Assembly (NCBI GenBank): GCA_964355175.1
Contig: CAYHBZ010000002.1
Coordinates: 28,426-92,425 of the forward strand
Reading direction: 5' to 3'
DNA: 64,000 nt
From: an uncultured Gammaproteobacteria bacterium
GTDB taxonomy: Bacteria > Patescibacteriota > Patescibacteriia > Magasanikbacterales > GWA2-37-8
Shown here piece by piece: positions 1 through 9,239 of the stretch. The notes under the pieces are model-generated. The model was not told the origin of the DNA. It saw only the letters and a program-made list of their open reading frames with translations, and ran no database searches. Both the position numbers and the translations under genes were made by a program. How positions within the stretch are numbered: the first letter of the stretch is position 1; every line of letters begins with the position of its first letter.

Positions 1-197
1 ATAATTCTGAAGTGGTGGCTGAAATTAAAGGTGATGATAACAGAATCACTTTAAACCACCGTTATGTTTTGGATGGATTGAATAACCTAAAATCCGAAAG
101 TGCTATCTTTAAAATTATCAACGCCGATAGCCCTTGTGTGGTGACTCCTATCAATGAAAATAGCTTTTTATATATAATCATGCCTATTCGTCAGTAA
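1..197 (+). CDS. dnaN: DNA polymerase III beta sliding clamp, C-terminal part (runs off window start)
   Basis: C-terminus ITLNHRYVLDGL...SPCVV...FLYIIMPIR matches the beta-clamp end motif. Confidence 0.9.
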   Translation, partial: NSEVVAEIKGDDNRITLNHRYVLDGLNNLKSESAIFKIINADSPCVVTPINENSFLYIIMPIRQ

Positions 198-200
198 TTT

Positions 201-776
201 ATGTTTACTGGAATTATTACTCATACTGCCAAATTGCATTCTGCTAAGCAGGGTGTTTTTGGGGTGGTGGCTGATTCCAGCTTTGTTTCCAAAACAAAAA
301 TTGGCGATAGTATCTCTGTAAACGGAGTTTGTCTGACCGTGGAAAAAAAAGAAAAAGATAAATTGTTATTTTCTGTAGTACTGGAAACACTAAAAAGAAC
401 TAATTTAGGTGCTTTGAAAATTGGAAACACTCTTAATTTGGAGCAGTCAGTGACAATGCAGACATTTTTATCCGGTCATTTGGTGCAGGGTCATATAGAT
501 GGGGTGGGAAAGGTCAAAGAAATAAAAAAGCTGGGAAATAGTCGTGAGGTTGAAATTGAAGCTCAAGCGAATATTTTAAATTTTTTGGTGGAAAAAGGAT
601 CGGTAGCTCTAAACGGAATATCTCTGACGATAGCCAGGCTAAAAAAGAAAAGTTTTGTGGTGTCGGTTATTCCTCATACCTGGGAAGTTACCAATTTAAA
701 AGATGTTAAATCTGGGGATAATATTAATATCGAAATTGATATTATTGCCAAATATATTAAAAAGTTTTTAAAATAA
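201..776 (+). CDS. ribE: Riboflavin synthase (alpha subunit)
   Basis: MFTGII N-terminus, GDSISVNGVCLTV, GHLVQGHIDG, KGSVALNGISLT. Confidence 0.95.
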   Translation: MFTGIITHTAKLHSAKQGVFGVVADSSFVSKTKIGDSISVNGVCLTVEKKEKDKLLFSVVLETLKRTNLGALKIGNTLNLEQSVTMQTFLSGHLVQGHIDGVGKVKEIKKLGNSREVEIEAQANILNFLVEKGSVALNGISLTIARLKKKSFVVSVIPHTWEVTNLKDVKSGDNINIEIDIIAKYIKKFLK

Positions 777-786
777 CTTATTTTTT

Positions 787-1230
787 ATGAAGCCAGCCAG
801 TGAAATAAAAATAGCTATTGTCAGTGGTGCGTTTTGGGAAGAAATAGTGGCTAATTTAGAAAAACATTGTGTCGCAGCCCTGCAAAAGAAAGGGGTGAAA
901 AAAGAAAATATTAAGATTGTTCGGGTGCCGGGCAGTTTTGAGATACCACTGCTTGTAAAAAAACTCGCTAAACAAAATAAATACGACGCGATAGTTACTT
1001 TTGGCGCGATCCATAAGGGAAAAACCTATCATTTTGAATTGATTGCCAATGAGTGCGCTCGCGCCTGTATGAATTTGGCGGTGGAGTTTGAGGTGCCGGT
1101 AATCTTTGAAGTGTTGGCGGTGTATAACATTCGGGATGCTTATGACAGATCCACTCAAGTAAAAGATAATCGTGGTGTGGAAGCGGCCGAAGCGGTTTGG
1201 CGGACTTTGGAATCTCTGAGTACAATATAG
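787..1230 (+). CDS. ribH: 6,7-dimethyl-8-ribityllumazine synthase
   Basis: VPGSFEIP, YDAIVTFG...G.TYHFE, PVIFEVL, NRGVEAA; operon context. Confidence 0.93.
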   Translation: MKPASEIKIAIVSGAFWEEIVANLEKHCVAALQKKGVKKENIKIVRVPGSFEIPLLVKKLAKQNKYDAIVTFGAIHKGKTYHFELIANECARACMNLAVEFEVPVIFEVLAVYNIRDAYDRSTQVKDNRGVEAAEAVWRTLESLSTI

Positions 1231-1249
1231 ATCAAAAAAATAGGAGAAT

Positions 1250-1846
1250 ATGAAAAAAATTGTAGTGGAAAAAACAGCGGAAGCGAATTTACCAACTAAG
1301 TATGGTGATTTTAAGATTTCTATTTTTAAATCTTCTGTCGATGATCGCCCACAGGTGATTTTGACCAAAGGGGTGATAAAAAAAGAACCGGTTTTAGTAC
1401 GAATACACTCCAAATGTCTTACTGGAGATGTGTTCATTTCTTTGAAGTGTGATTGTGGTCCTCAGTTAAATTTAAGTCTGAAAAAAATTGCCAAAGGTGG
1501 CGGTGTCTTGATTTATCTAAATCAAGAAGGTAGGGATATTGGATTGGAAAATAAAATTAAGGCCTATGCCCTGCAAGATCAAGGACAAGATACTTTTCAA
1601 GCCAACCGTTCGTTGGGTCTGCCGATAGATGGGCGTGATTATGCGATTGCGGTGGCGCTTTTGCGATATTTAAAAATAAATAAAATAAATTTACTTACCA
1701 ATAATCTGGATAAAGTCGGACAGCTGGAACAGTGTGGAATAAAAGTGGTAAAAAGATTGTCTTTGGAAACTAAGCCAAATAAATATAACAAACTTTATCT
1801 TCAAGCCAAAAAGAAAAAGATGGGTCATAAACTAAAGTTGGCTTAA
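1250..1846 (+). CDS. ribA: GTP cyclohydrolase II (stand-alone, no RibB domain)
   Basis: LPTKYG, VRIHSKCLTGD...KCDCG Zn motif, QEGRDIGL..KIKAY, LLTNN. Confidence 0.95.
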   Translation: MKKIVVEKTAEANLPTKYGDFKISIFKSSVDDRPQVILTKGVIKKEPVLVRIHSKCLTGDVFISLKCDCGPQLNLSLKKIAKGGGVLIYLNQEGRDIGLENKIKAYALQDQGQDTFQANRSLGLPIDGRDYAIAVALLRYLKINKINLLTNNLDKVGQLEQCGIKVVKRLSLETKPNKYNKLYLQAKKKKMGHKLKLA

Positions 1847-1847
1847 T

Positions 1848-2936
1848 ATGACAATTACCAAGCAAGATTTAAAATATTTACGAATAGCTCTAGATCTAGC
1901 GGCCAAGGGTCGTGGTAATACCAATCCAAATCCAATGGTGGGGGCAGTAGTGGTAAAAAATGGAAAAATAATTGGACAAGGTTACCATAAAAAATACAAA
2001 GGGCCTCACGCGGAAGTGGAGGCTTTTAAAAATACCAAACAAAATCTAGTTGGTGCCACACTATATGTAACTTTGGAACCGTGTTCGCATCTTTGGAAAA
2101 ATACACCACCCTGTGTGCCGGGCGTGATCGCCGCCGGAATTAAGCGGGTGGTTTGTTGTACAAAGGACCCAAACAAGCTAGTAACCGGCCGAGGAATAAA
2201 GCAATTAAAAGCGGCGGGTATAAAAGTGGAAGTTGGCGGTCTTGAAAAAGCGGCTAAGGAGCTAAATAAAGCATTTTTTTGCTTCCATCAGAAGCAACGC
2301 CCGTTTATCGCTATTAAATTTGCCTGCTCATTAGATGGTCGCACAACGACCTACAGCGGTGATTCCAAATGGATCACCAATGAGTCGGCCCGTAAATTTT
2401 CTCGTGATTTACGCTCTGAGTATCAGGCTATAATTGTGGGTACCAACACTGTTTTAAAAGATGATCCTCATTTAGGGGTAAGAAATAAAAATTACAAAGA
2501 TCCTCTAAGAGTAATATTGGACGCCAGTTTAAAAATAAAATTGACCTCCCAAGTTTATCGCGACAATAATGTTTTGGTCTTCGCTTCGCCAGCGTATGAT
2601 AAACAGAAAATGGCCCAACTGAAACAAAAAGGAATTGAGGTGGTAATAACCAAACAAAAACAAGTGCCAATAAAAACAATTTTACAAGAATTAACCAACA
2701 GAAAAGTAATTAGCCTATTTGTAGAAGGCGGGTCCGAGTTGCAAGGAAGTTTCTTGGATGCCAAATTGGCTGATAAATTTTATATATTTTACGCCCCCAT
2801 AATAATCGGCGGCAAAAAATCTCTCAGCACCATCGGCGGACAAGGTGTAAAAAAAGTAAGCGACGCACTAAAGCTAAAAAACATCTCCACAAAACATTTC
2901 GGCGACAACTGGATGATAGAAGGAGATAAAAAATAA
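1848..2936 (+). CDS. ribD: Bifunctional riboflavin deaminase/reductase
   Basis: PNPMVGAV, HAE, TLEPCSH...PPC, SLDG, SKWIT, VEGG. Confidence 0.96.
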   Translation: MTITKQDLKYLRIALDLAAKGRGNTNPNPMVGAVVVKNGKIIGQGYHKKYKGPHAEVEAFKNTKQNLVGATLYVTLEPCSHLWKNTPPCVPGVIAAGIKRVVCCTKDPNKLVTGRGIKQLKAAGIKVEVGGLEKAAKELNKAFFCFHQKQRPFIAIKFACSLDGRTTTYSGDSKWITNESARKFSRDLRSEYQAIIVGTNTVLKDDPHLGVRNKNYKDPLRVILDASLKIKLTSQVYRDNNVLVFASPAYDKQKMAQLKQKGIEVVITKQKQVPIKTILQELTNRKVISLFVEGGSELQGSFLDAKLADKFYIFYAPIIIGGKKSLSTIGGQGVKKVSDALKLKNISTKHFGDNWMIEGDKK

Positions 2937-2950
2937 GAATTCAGAAAACA

Positions 2951-2981
2951 AAAAAGACTGGTCGTATGGCCGGTCTTTTTT
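2951..2981. terminator. Bidirectional intrinsic terminator between ribD and PBP1A
   Basis: AAAAAGACTGGTC-GTAT-GGCCGGTCTTTTT hairpin with A and T tracts, between convergent genes. Confidence 0.8.
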
Positions 2982-3002
2982 GTTTGATAGTCGTGAAATT
3001 TC

Positions 3003-5864
3003 TTATTTTATCTCCACATTTAGTTCCTTGCTTTCCGTCACCCCACCGCTGGTGGTCATTGTGCCTCGCAAAATATATTTTCCAACACCCGGAGAATTCT
3101 TCCAACTAAATTCCAAATTCCCTTGGTCGGTTAGTTCGTCTTCTTTATGGTTGAAGTCAAAAATATTTTTTACCACTTTGCTCGAATTAATGAGCTGTAT
3201 TTTGATATTTTTTATGTCGTCCCAGCGAACCGGTTTTACAGCCATGTTTCTAGGAAAATCAGTTTGATTGATTATTATCTCGGTGCCATCTACCCAAGAA
3301 AATGTCGGTTGATCAAATTCAGTATTGGTATAAAACACAATTTTGGATTCGCCGGCATTGCCCTGATCATCCATAGCCACCACTTTTAGAACATGTTGGT
3401 TGGAATAAAGTTTGGAGAAGTTGAATGAGAAATCAAAAGGAAATTGATCGCTGCTTCCCACGAACTGATCATTAATATAATAATCCACCTTTTTTACTCC
3501 GCGCGGCGCACTGGCCTTTATTTGAATGCTGATTTGTCGTCCGTCAATAGTTTCGTTTGGTTCGGGAGATAAAATTTCAATTGTCGGTATCAGTTCTGGA
3601 TTATAGGTAGCATCATCGTATTGGGTTGGCGGTTCTTCCAAAGTAATTTCGGTGCCAGATGTCTGTAATCTTTTGATCCACGCTTGTAAAGAATTTTCCC
3701 AATTTTGGTATTGAGGATCATCGTTTGGATTGGTTGGTGCCGGTCCACGCGGATCGTTTTTGTTTACATAATGTAAAATATCATGTGTTGGCAAGAAAGT
3801 TCGGGTCACAATTAATCCGGGCGGAGTGCTGGACGTGGCTATCCGTCCGCTTAGAGAATTGATTTGTAATTTTATACCGCCATCCCCTCCGCGCAGTACC
3901 GGCTTGGTGGCATTGTTTGGTGGTGGAGTAGGAAAAGCTTCCACCGGAGTATTTTTGGTAGAGGTAGTCATGAACTGATTCCAGATCAAACCGGCCAAGG
4001 TGTTGCCGCCACCTTTCATAGTGGAAGGAATGGTGTTTCCCACCCAGACACCAGTAACCAGCGATGGGGTGTAGCCTATTGTCCAAGCATCTTTGTAATC
4101 ATTAGTAGTACCGGTTTTGGCAGCCACTGGTCTGTCGCCCAAAGTGAGGGTGCTGCGACGACCAAAAATATAAGCGCGAGATGCGTCATCGGACAATACA
4201 TTGCTGATGGTGGCGGCGATTTCCGGAGTGACAGCCGCCGTACCATCGTTTGGTTTCCATTCGGTCAAAACAGTTCCTTTTGGATCAGTTACTTTTAATA
4301 TACTAACCGGCGTATGATAAACACCGTTGTCAGCCAGAGTGCCATAAGCGTTGGTATGTTCAAGTAAATTTACTTCCGCGCCACCAAGCACCAAGCTCAG
4401 CCCCGGATCACCGGTAAAGGTGGTGTAGCCAAAGCGTTTGGCAAAATCAATGGCATTTTGGGTGCCAACCAGGTATAAAGTTTTTACGGCTGGAATATTG
4501 AGAGATCCTTGTAGAGCTTTGCGGATGGTTACGAGCCCATGTTCTTTATTGTCATAGTTGTGAGGAGTGTAGTTTCCTCCCGCGCGCTGATCGAAATTGG
4601 TGATAGTGTCGTAGATTACGGTCTCAGGTGTAAAGCCTTTTTCAAAAGCGGCAGTGTAAACAAATGGTTTAAAAGATGAACCTGGTTGACGCTTGCCGAG
4701 AATAGCCACATTAAATTGGCCATTTATTTCTTCATTTTCAAAATCACGTGAGCCCACCATTGCTAGTATCTGGGCGGTCTTTGGATCCATCGCCACGAGA
4801 GCGGCGTTGTTAGCATTATATTGTTTGGCAAATTTATCGCCATTTATTTTCACTATTTGTTGAGCGGATTTTTGTTTGTCATAATCAATCGTAGTAATTA
4901 CTTTTAGTCCGCCGCTGTCTACCAATTTTTCACCAAATTGGTCGGCCAAAAGTTGTTTTATATATAACACAAAATGGGGCGCATCCATAATACTGCCATT
5001 TCGATAAATTCTCAGGGCCTCATTTTGACCCTGAGTTTTTTGTTCATCATTTATATACCCCTGTTCAAACATCAATCTGAGCACAGTGTCGCGACGACCG
5101 CGCAGAGAATCAATATTATTGAGATAGCGAGACGGTGCCTGAATCATGGCGGCTAGGGTGGCCGATTCGGCAATGCTCAGATCCGTGGCATCTTTATGAA
5201 AATAATCTTGAGCGGCCGACTGCACACCATAATTGGTAGAGCCCAAAGGAATTTCATTAAGATACATTTTTAAAATATCATCTTTAGAATATTTCTTTTC
5301 CAAACGCAAAGCCAAGATCGCCTCTTTTAATTTTCTAAAATATCCTTGAAACCCGCGGCGTTCATTGCCGACGATAGTATTTTTGATAAGTTGTTGAGTG
5401 ATGGTAGAGGCACCACCACCGCCGGTACGACGACCAATTAAGTTATTTACGCCGGCGCGGGCAATGCTGAGTATACTAATACCATTGTGTTGGTAGAAAT
5501 TTTTGTCTTCTATAGATATTACTGCTTTGCCAATATAAGGAGACATGTGTTCTGCGTCCACCAAAGTTCTTTTTTGGTTGCCGTAAATTTCGTACAGTAC
5601 ATGCTCTCCGGTGCGGTCATATATTTTGGTGCTCTGCGATACTTGGCGATCGTTTAGGTGGTTTGGATCAGGCAGTTCGTTGCTGATCAATAGTATTGCT
5701 ACCGTACCAATAGCAAATAAGGCCAGAGCACCGGTAACACCTAAAATAATTATATTTTTGGCAGGGAGTGTAGGGAATTTTTTGGATTGACGCGGTGCCG
5801 GTTGGTCATCTTCGTAGCCGTGAGTACGGCTGGCACGCTTGATTTTGAAAAAAGGTAAAGGCAT
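3003..5864 (-). CDS. Class A penicillin-binding protein (transglycosylase-transpeptidase) with C-terminal Ig-like domains
   Basis: EDKNFYQHNG, GASTITQQLIKN, RKLKE, SSFK (SxxK), SLN, KTGT; beta-rich C-terminal extension. Confidence 0.93.
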   Translation of the reverse strand: MPLPFFKIKRASRTHGYEDDQPAPRQSKKFPTLPAKNIIILGVTGALALFAIGTVAILLISNELPDPNHLNDRQVSQSTKIYDRTGEHVLYEIYGNQKRTLVDAEHMSPYIGKAVISIEDKNFYQHNGISILSIARAGVNNLIGRRTGGGGASTITQQLIKNTIVGNERRGFQGYFRKLKEAILALRLEKKYSKDDILKMYLNEIPLGSTNYGVQSAAQDYFHKDATDLSIAESATLAAMIQAPSRYLNNIDSLRGRRDTVLRLMFEQGYINDEQKTQGQNEALRIYRNGSIMDAPHFVLYIKQLLADQFGEKLVDSGGLKVITTIDYDKQKSAQQIVKINGDKFAKQYNANNAALVAMDPKTAQILAMVGSRDFENEEINGQFNVAILGKRQPGSSFKPFVYTAAFEKGFTPETVIYDTITNFDQRAGGNYTPHNYDNKEHGLVTIRKALQGSLNIPAVKTLYLVGTQNAIDFAKRFGYTTFTGDPGLSLVLGGAEVNLLEHTNAYGTLADNGVYHTPVSILKVTDPKGTVLTEWKPNDGTAAVTPEIAATISNVLSDDASRAYIFGRRSTLTLGDRPVAAKTGTTNDYKDAWTIGYTPSLVTGVWVGNTIPSTMKGGGNTLAGLIWNQFMTTSTKNTPVEAFPTPPPNNATKPVLRGGDGGIKLQINSLSGRIATSSTPPGLIVTRTFLPTHDILHYVNKNDPRGPAPTNPNDDPQYQNWENSLQAWIKRLQTSGTEITLEEPPTQYDDATYNPELIPTIEILSPEPNETIDGRQISIQIKASAPRGVKKVDYYINDQFVGSSDQFPFDFSFNFSKLYSNQHVLKVVAMDDQGNAGESKIVFYTNTEFDQPTFSWVDGTEIIINQTDFPRNMAVKPVRWDDIKNIKIQLINSSKVVKNIFDFNHKEDELTDQGNLEFSWKNSPGVGKYILRGTMTTSGGVTESKELNVEIK

Positions 5865-5914
5865 GGGAATAGTTCGTTATTTTTTGTTTCTATTATACTA
5901 CTATTGGTCTACTA

Positions 5915-5943
5915 TTGACAAATAAGGCATTTTGTGGTATTAT
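5915..5943 (+). promoter_or_regulatory. Sigma70-type promoter of the 3D-domain gene
   Basis: TTGACA-N17-TATTAT with TG extension. Confidence 0.7.
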
Positions 5944-6024
5944 AAGACGTTGTCAAGCAGGGATATCTTATATAGGTATCCTTTTTGATTAACAGAAAGT
6001 GGCTAATATTAGCCAAAAAAACAA

Positions 6025-6546
6025 ATGAACAAGCTAAAAAACAACCTAATTTCGCTTATCTTAGCGGTTTTAGCCTTGAATATGGCTACTCCAGTTATGG
6101 TTTCAGCCGCTCAGATGGGTTCTTTGCCTGCCGGTGATGCAAAAGACCTTACATTGGTAGAGAGTGTAGACGGTAAATTGTTCCACTTTTCTGATGTTAA
6201 GGTAAAGCCTCACAGGGTAGTAAACATGGTTTTGACCGCTTATTCCTCTACTCCTGGTCAAACTGACGAGGATCCTTTTACAGCCGCTTCTGGTAAGCGT
6301 GTATATGATGGGATGGTAGCGGTAAATGGCCTTCCTTTTGGTACCAAGATCAAAATCCCGGCTTTGTACGGTGAAAAGGTCTTTACTGTGGATGATCGTA
6401 TGAATGCCCGTTATGGGATTACTCGTATGGATATCTGGATGAATGCCCCTATCAAGCAGGTTCGCGCCTTTGGTGTGAAGCGTGCGGTAGTAGAAATCTA
6501 TTTACCAGAATCTCGTATCAAAGTGGCGAAGTCCGACCGTATTTAA
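6025..6546 (+). CDS. Secreted 3D-domain (MltA-like/Sps) peptidoglycan-remodelling protein
   Basis: Signal peptide; TAYSS...TASG...VAVNGLPFGTKIKI...VDDR...RMDIWM...FG. Confidence 0.85.
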   Translation: MNKLKNNLISLILAVLALNMATPVMVSAAQMGSLPAGDAKDLTLVESVDGKLFHFSDVKVKPHRVVNMVLTAYSSTPGQTDEDPFTAASGKRVYDGMVAVNGLPFGTKIKIPALYGEKVFTVDDRMNARYGITRMDIWMNAPIKQVRAFGVKRAVVEIYLPESRIKVAKSDRI

Positions 6547-6556
6547 AGTTTAAATC

Positions 6557-6588
6557 AAAAACCACCTTTTAACCGAGGTGGTTTTTTT
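6557..6588 (+). terminator. Intrinsic terminator after the 3D gene
   Basis: AAAAACCACCTT...GAGGTGGTTTTTTT. Confidence 0.8.
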
Positions 6589-6614
6589 ATTATACAAATT
6601 TTGTGCTAAGCGGC

Positions 6615-6798
6615 GGCCGGACATGCATCCCCACTCTCTCACCTATGAAAACCCTCGGATAATTTGCAACCCGCCAAGGCTCTGGCCCTGAACTCGTCGC
6701 TTGACGCTCCTCAAACAGCAGGGCCAGCCACGCCTTGTCGGCTCACAAATTATTTCCGAGGGTTTTCAGCGGTTCGTTCGGGGGATGTATGTCCGGCC
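6615..6798. repeat. 184-bp GC-rich imperfect palindrome (long hairpin), function unknown
   Basis: Nested inverted repeats GGCCGGACATGCATCCCC/GGGGATGTATGTCCGGCC, GAAAACCCTCGGA/TCCGAGGGTTTTC, CAAGGC/GCCTTG, CTGGCCCTG/CAGGGCCAG. Confidence 0.8.
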
Positions 6799-6806
6799 TT
6801 TTTCTT

Positions 6807-8315
6807 TTAGTTTTTAATTCGGAATTGTAGAGCCTCGGCGAGGTGATTGATTGAAATATTTTCAGATTTATCCAGGTCGGCAATGGTGCGAGAAATTTTT
6901 ATAATACGATTATAACTGCGAGCGGATAAATGCATTTTTTCTACAGCGCCGCGTAATAAATTTAAGGACTCTTGACCCAGAGCACAATATTTTTTTAATT
7001 CACCATTACCCATTTCGGCGTTGGTAAAAATATTTGTGCCAGCAAAACGCATTTGTTGAATTTTGCGCGCGCCAATTACTCTCTGTCGTATGGTTTCAGA
7101 GCTTTCGCTATTTTTTGTATTTGATAATTTATCAAAACTAAGTCGTGGCACTTCTACATGTAGATCAATTCTATCGAGTATTGGCCCACTGATTTTTTTC
7201 TGATATTTGGTCAGGACAGACTGCAAACAAATACAAGTTTTCTGCGGATCGTTGGCATAGCCGCAGGGGCAAGGATTTTGAGAAGCGACCAAAATAAAAC
7301 GAGCGGGAAATTCTAGACTGGCGCGAGCGCGGGAGATGGTGATAGTGCCGTCTTCTAGTGGTTGGCGCAGAGTCTCTATGACCTCACGACTAAATTCTGG
7401 AAATTCATCCAGGAATAAAACGCCGCGATGGGCCAGAGAAATTTCTCCCGGTCGCGGATATTTACCTCCGCCCACCAAAGCCACGTTTGATATAGTGTGG
7501 TGTGGACTGCGAAATGGTCGATGGCGAATTAATCCATGACGCAGTAGTCCGGCAATAGAATATATTTTGGTAATTTCAAGCATCTCCTCTTTGGTCAGCG
7601 GTGGCAAAATAGTGGGTAAAGTTTTTGTTAGTAAGGTTTTTCCTGATCCTGGCGGTCCGGACAACATAATATTATGTCCGCCCGAGGCCGCTACCTCTAG
7701 GGCGCGTTTGGCGAATTCTTGGCCTTTGATTTGGGACATGTCAAAGATATTGTCCAGAAAGTCGGCGTACTCCAAAGGTGTCTTTTGTGCCGGTATTATA
7801 GGCTCTTTATTTAGTAGATGTTCTACGACCTGTTTTAGATTTTTTGCCGGGAAAATATTAATATCATCAATTAGACTGGCTTCGGCCAGGTTTTCAGTCG
7901 GTAGTATTATATTTTTTATACCATTCTCTTTGGCAAACATTACCATTGGTAAAGTTCCACTTACCGGACGCAAACTGCCGTCGAGTGCCAGCTCACCAAA
8001 AATTAAAGTGTCATCAATTATTAAATTATCTTCGCTTTGAGCCAAGACTATACCTACCGCCATCGGCAAATCATAAGCGGTGCCTTCTTTATGTACATTG
8101 GCTGGCGCTAGATTTATCAGAATACGAAAATTAAACGGATAATTATATCCGGAATTTTTTATGGCCGAGTGGATTCTGTCTTTTGCCTCCTGAATCGAAG
8201 TATCGGTGAGTCCGACTATGCTCAAGTTGGTCTGGCCTTTGTTTATGTCAACTTCCACCTCCACGCTTTGGCAACTGATCCCAAGTGGTGTTGCGCAAGC
8301 AAGTTTGACAAACAT
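6807..8315 (-). CDS. comM: YifB/ComM family Mg-chelatase-like AAA+ ATPase
   Basis: INLAPA, YDLPMA, GELALDG, GPPGSGKT, RPFRSPHH, PGEISLAHRGVLFLDE, NPCPCG. Confidence 0.93.
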   Translation of the reverse strand: MFVKLACATPLGISCQSVEVEVDINKGQTNLSIVGLTDTSIQEAKDRIHSAIKNSGYNYPFNFRILINLAPANVHKEGTAYDLPMAVGIVLAQSEDNLIIDDTLIFGELALDGSLRPVSGTLPMVMFAKENGIKNIILPTENLAEASLIDDINIFPAKNLKQVVEHLLNKEPIIPAQKTPLEYADFLDNIFDMSQIKGQEFAKRALEVAASGGHNIMLSGPPGSGKTLLTKTLPTILPPLTKEEMLEITKIYSIAGLLRHGLIRHRPFRSPHHTISNVALVGGGKYPRPGEISLAHRGVLFLDEFPEFSREVIETLRQPLEDGTITISRARASLEFPARFILVASQNPCPCGYANDPQKTCICLQSVLTKYQKKISGPILDRIDLHVEVPRLSFDKLSNTKNSESSETIRQRVIGARKIQQMRFAGTNIFTNAEMGNGELKKYCALGQESLNLLRGAVEKMHLSARSYNRIIKISRTIADLDKSENISINHLAEALQFRIKN

Positions 8316-8317
8316 AT

Positions 8318-8764
8318 TTAGCTTTTAAAAAATTTTGAGGGTAATAGAATTATTATTAATCCGGAAATTATAAGTAGATCGGATAGATTTATTAAGCCGG
8401 TACCAATCAACCAGTAGTCGAGAGTGCTTTGAAAAAATATTCTATCAAGCAAATTGGAAAGCGCTCCCCAAAAAACAACACTCAGGCCGATAAACACCGG
8501 CAAATTATTTTGATCTTTATAAAATTTTATTAAAAGAAAAATAATTATCAATAAAATTGGTACGGTCAAAGTAATAGACAGCCAATTTGGTAAAGGTAAA
8601 TTAAAGGCAATGCCGGGATTGCGGTAGGGATGCCAGCCAAAAAAATTTAAGAATACTTTCTGATCTGTAAAAATATTTTCTGAAAAAAATTTAAGCAATC
8701 GATCGATTGAGAATAAAAAAAACCCGCCAATAAATATTATAAATTGGCGGGTAAGCTGGAGCAT
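8318..8764 (-). CDS. lspA: Lipoprotein signal peptidase II
   Basis: D..LK, NPGIAF, GALSNLLDR, TLDY, NLSD motifs; four TM segments. Confidence 0.8.
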   Translation of the reverse strand: MLQLTRQFIIFIGGFFLFSIDRLLKFFSENIFTDQKVFLNFFGWHPYRNPGIAFNLPLPNWLSITLTVPILLIIIFLLIKFYKDQNNLPVFIGLSVVFWGALSNLLDRIFFQSTLDYWLIGTGLINLSDLLIISGLIIILLPSKFFKS

Positions 8765-8767
8765 AGT

Positions 8768-9154
8768 TTAGAGTTCCTGAGTGATGGCTTTTTTGCAGGA
8801 TACACAGGCACTACTGGTCGGACGAGCCAAGAGGCGTTTTTCTTCGATTGGTTTCTTACAATATTTGCAGATACCGTATTTTCCTTCTTCCAAACGAGAC
8901 AGAGAGATGGTAATATCGCGTAAAGTTTTTTCAAAGCTTTCTTCGAGTGGCACTTCAGCGGCATATTCGGCCACTTCAGCGGCATTTTCATCTTCTTTAT
9001 CGCCGTATTCCGGGAAGGTGCTGTCGTAGCTATCACTTGAATGAGCGTTGCGTTTGGAAAATTTGCCCAGTTCTTTTTCTAAACGATCTTTTTCCTCTAG
9101 GAGGGTGACTTTGATTTGGTCTAGAAATTCTTTGTTGAAAGTAGATGTTGCCAT
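8768..9154 (-). CDS. TraR/DksA C4 zinc-finger regulator
   Basis: Coiled coil, then GKYGICKYC...IEEKRLLARP...CVSC. Confidence 0.9.
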   Translation of the reverse strand: MATSTFNKEFLDQIKVTLLEEKDRLEKELGKFSKRNAHSSDSYDSTFPEYGDKEDENAAEVAEYAAEVPLEESFEKTLRDITISLSRLEEGKYGICKYCKKPIEEKRLLARPTSSACVSCKKAITQEL

Positions 9155-9169
9155 ATTTGGTAATTAAAA

Positions 9170-9223
9170 ACTCCACACAAGGAGTCTGTAAATATTATAC
9201 TCCTCTGTTTGGAGTATAGTCAA
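9170..9223 (-). promoter_or_regulatory. Promoter of the dksA-lspA-comM unit with palindromic operator-like sites
   Basis: Minus strand TTGACT-N18-TATAAT; TATACTCC-N7-GGAGTATA at 9196-9218 and ACTCC-N6-GGAGT at 9170-9185. Confidence 0.6.
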
Positions 9224-9239
9224 GTAAATTTTGAGAAAA

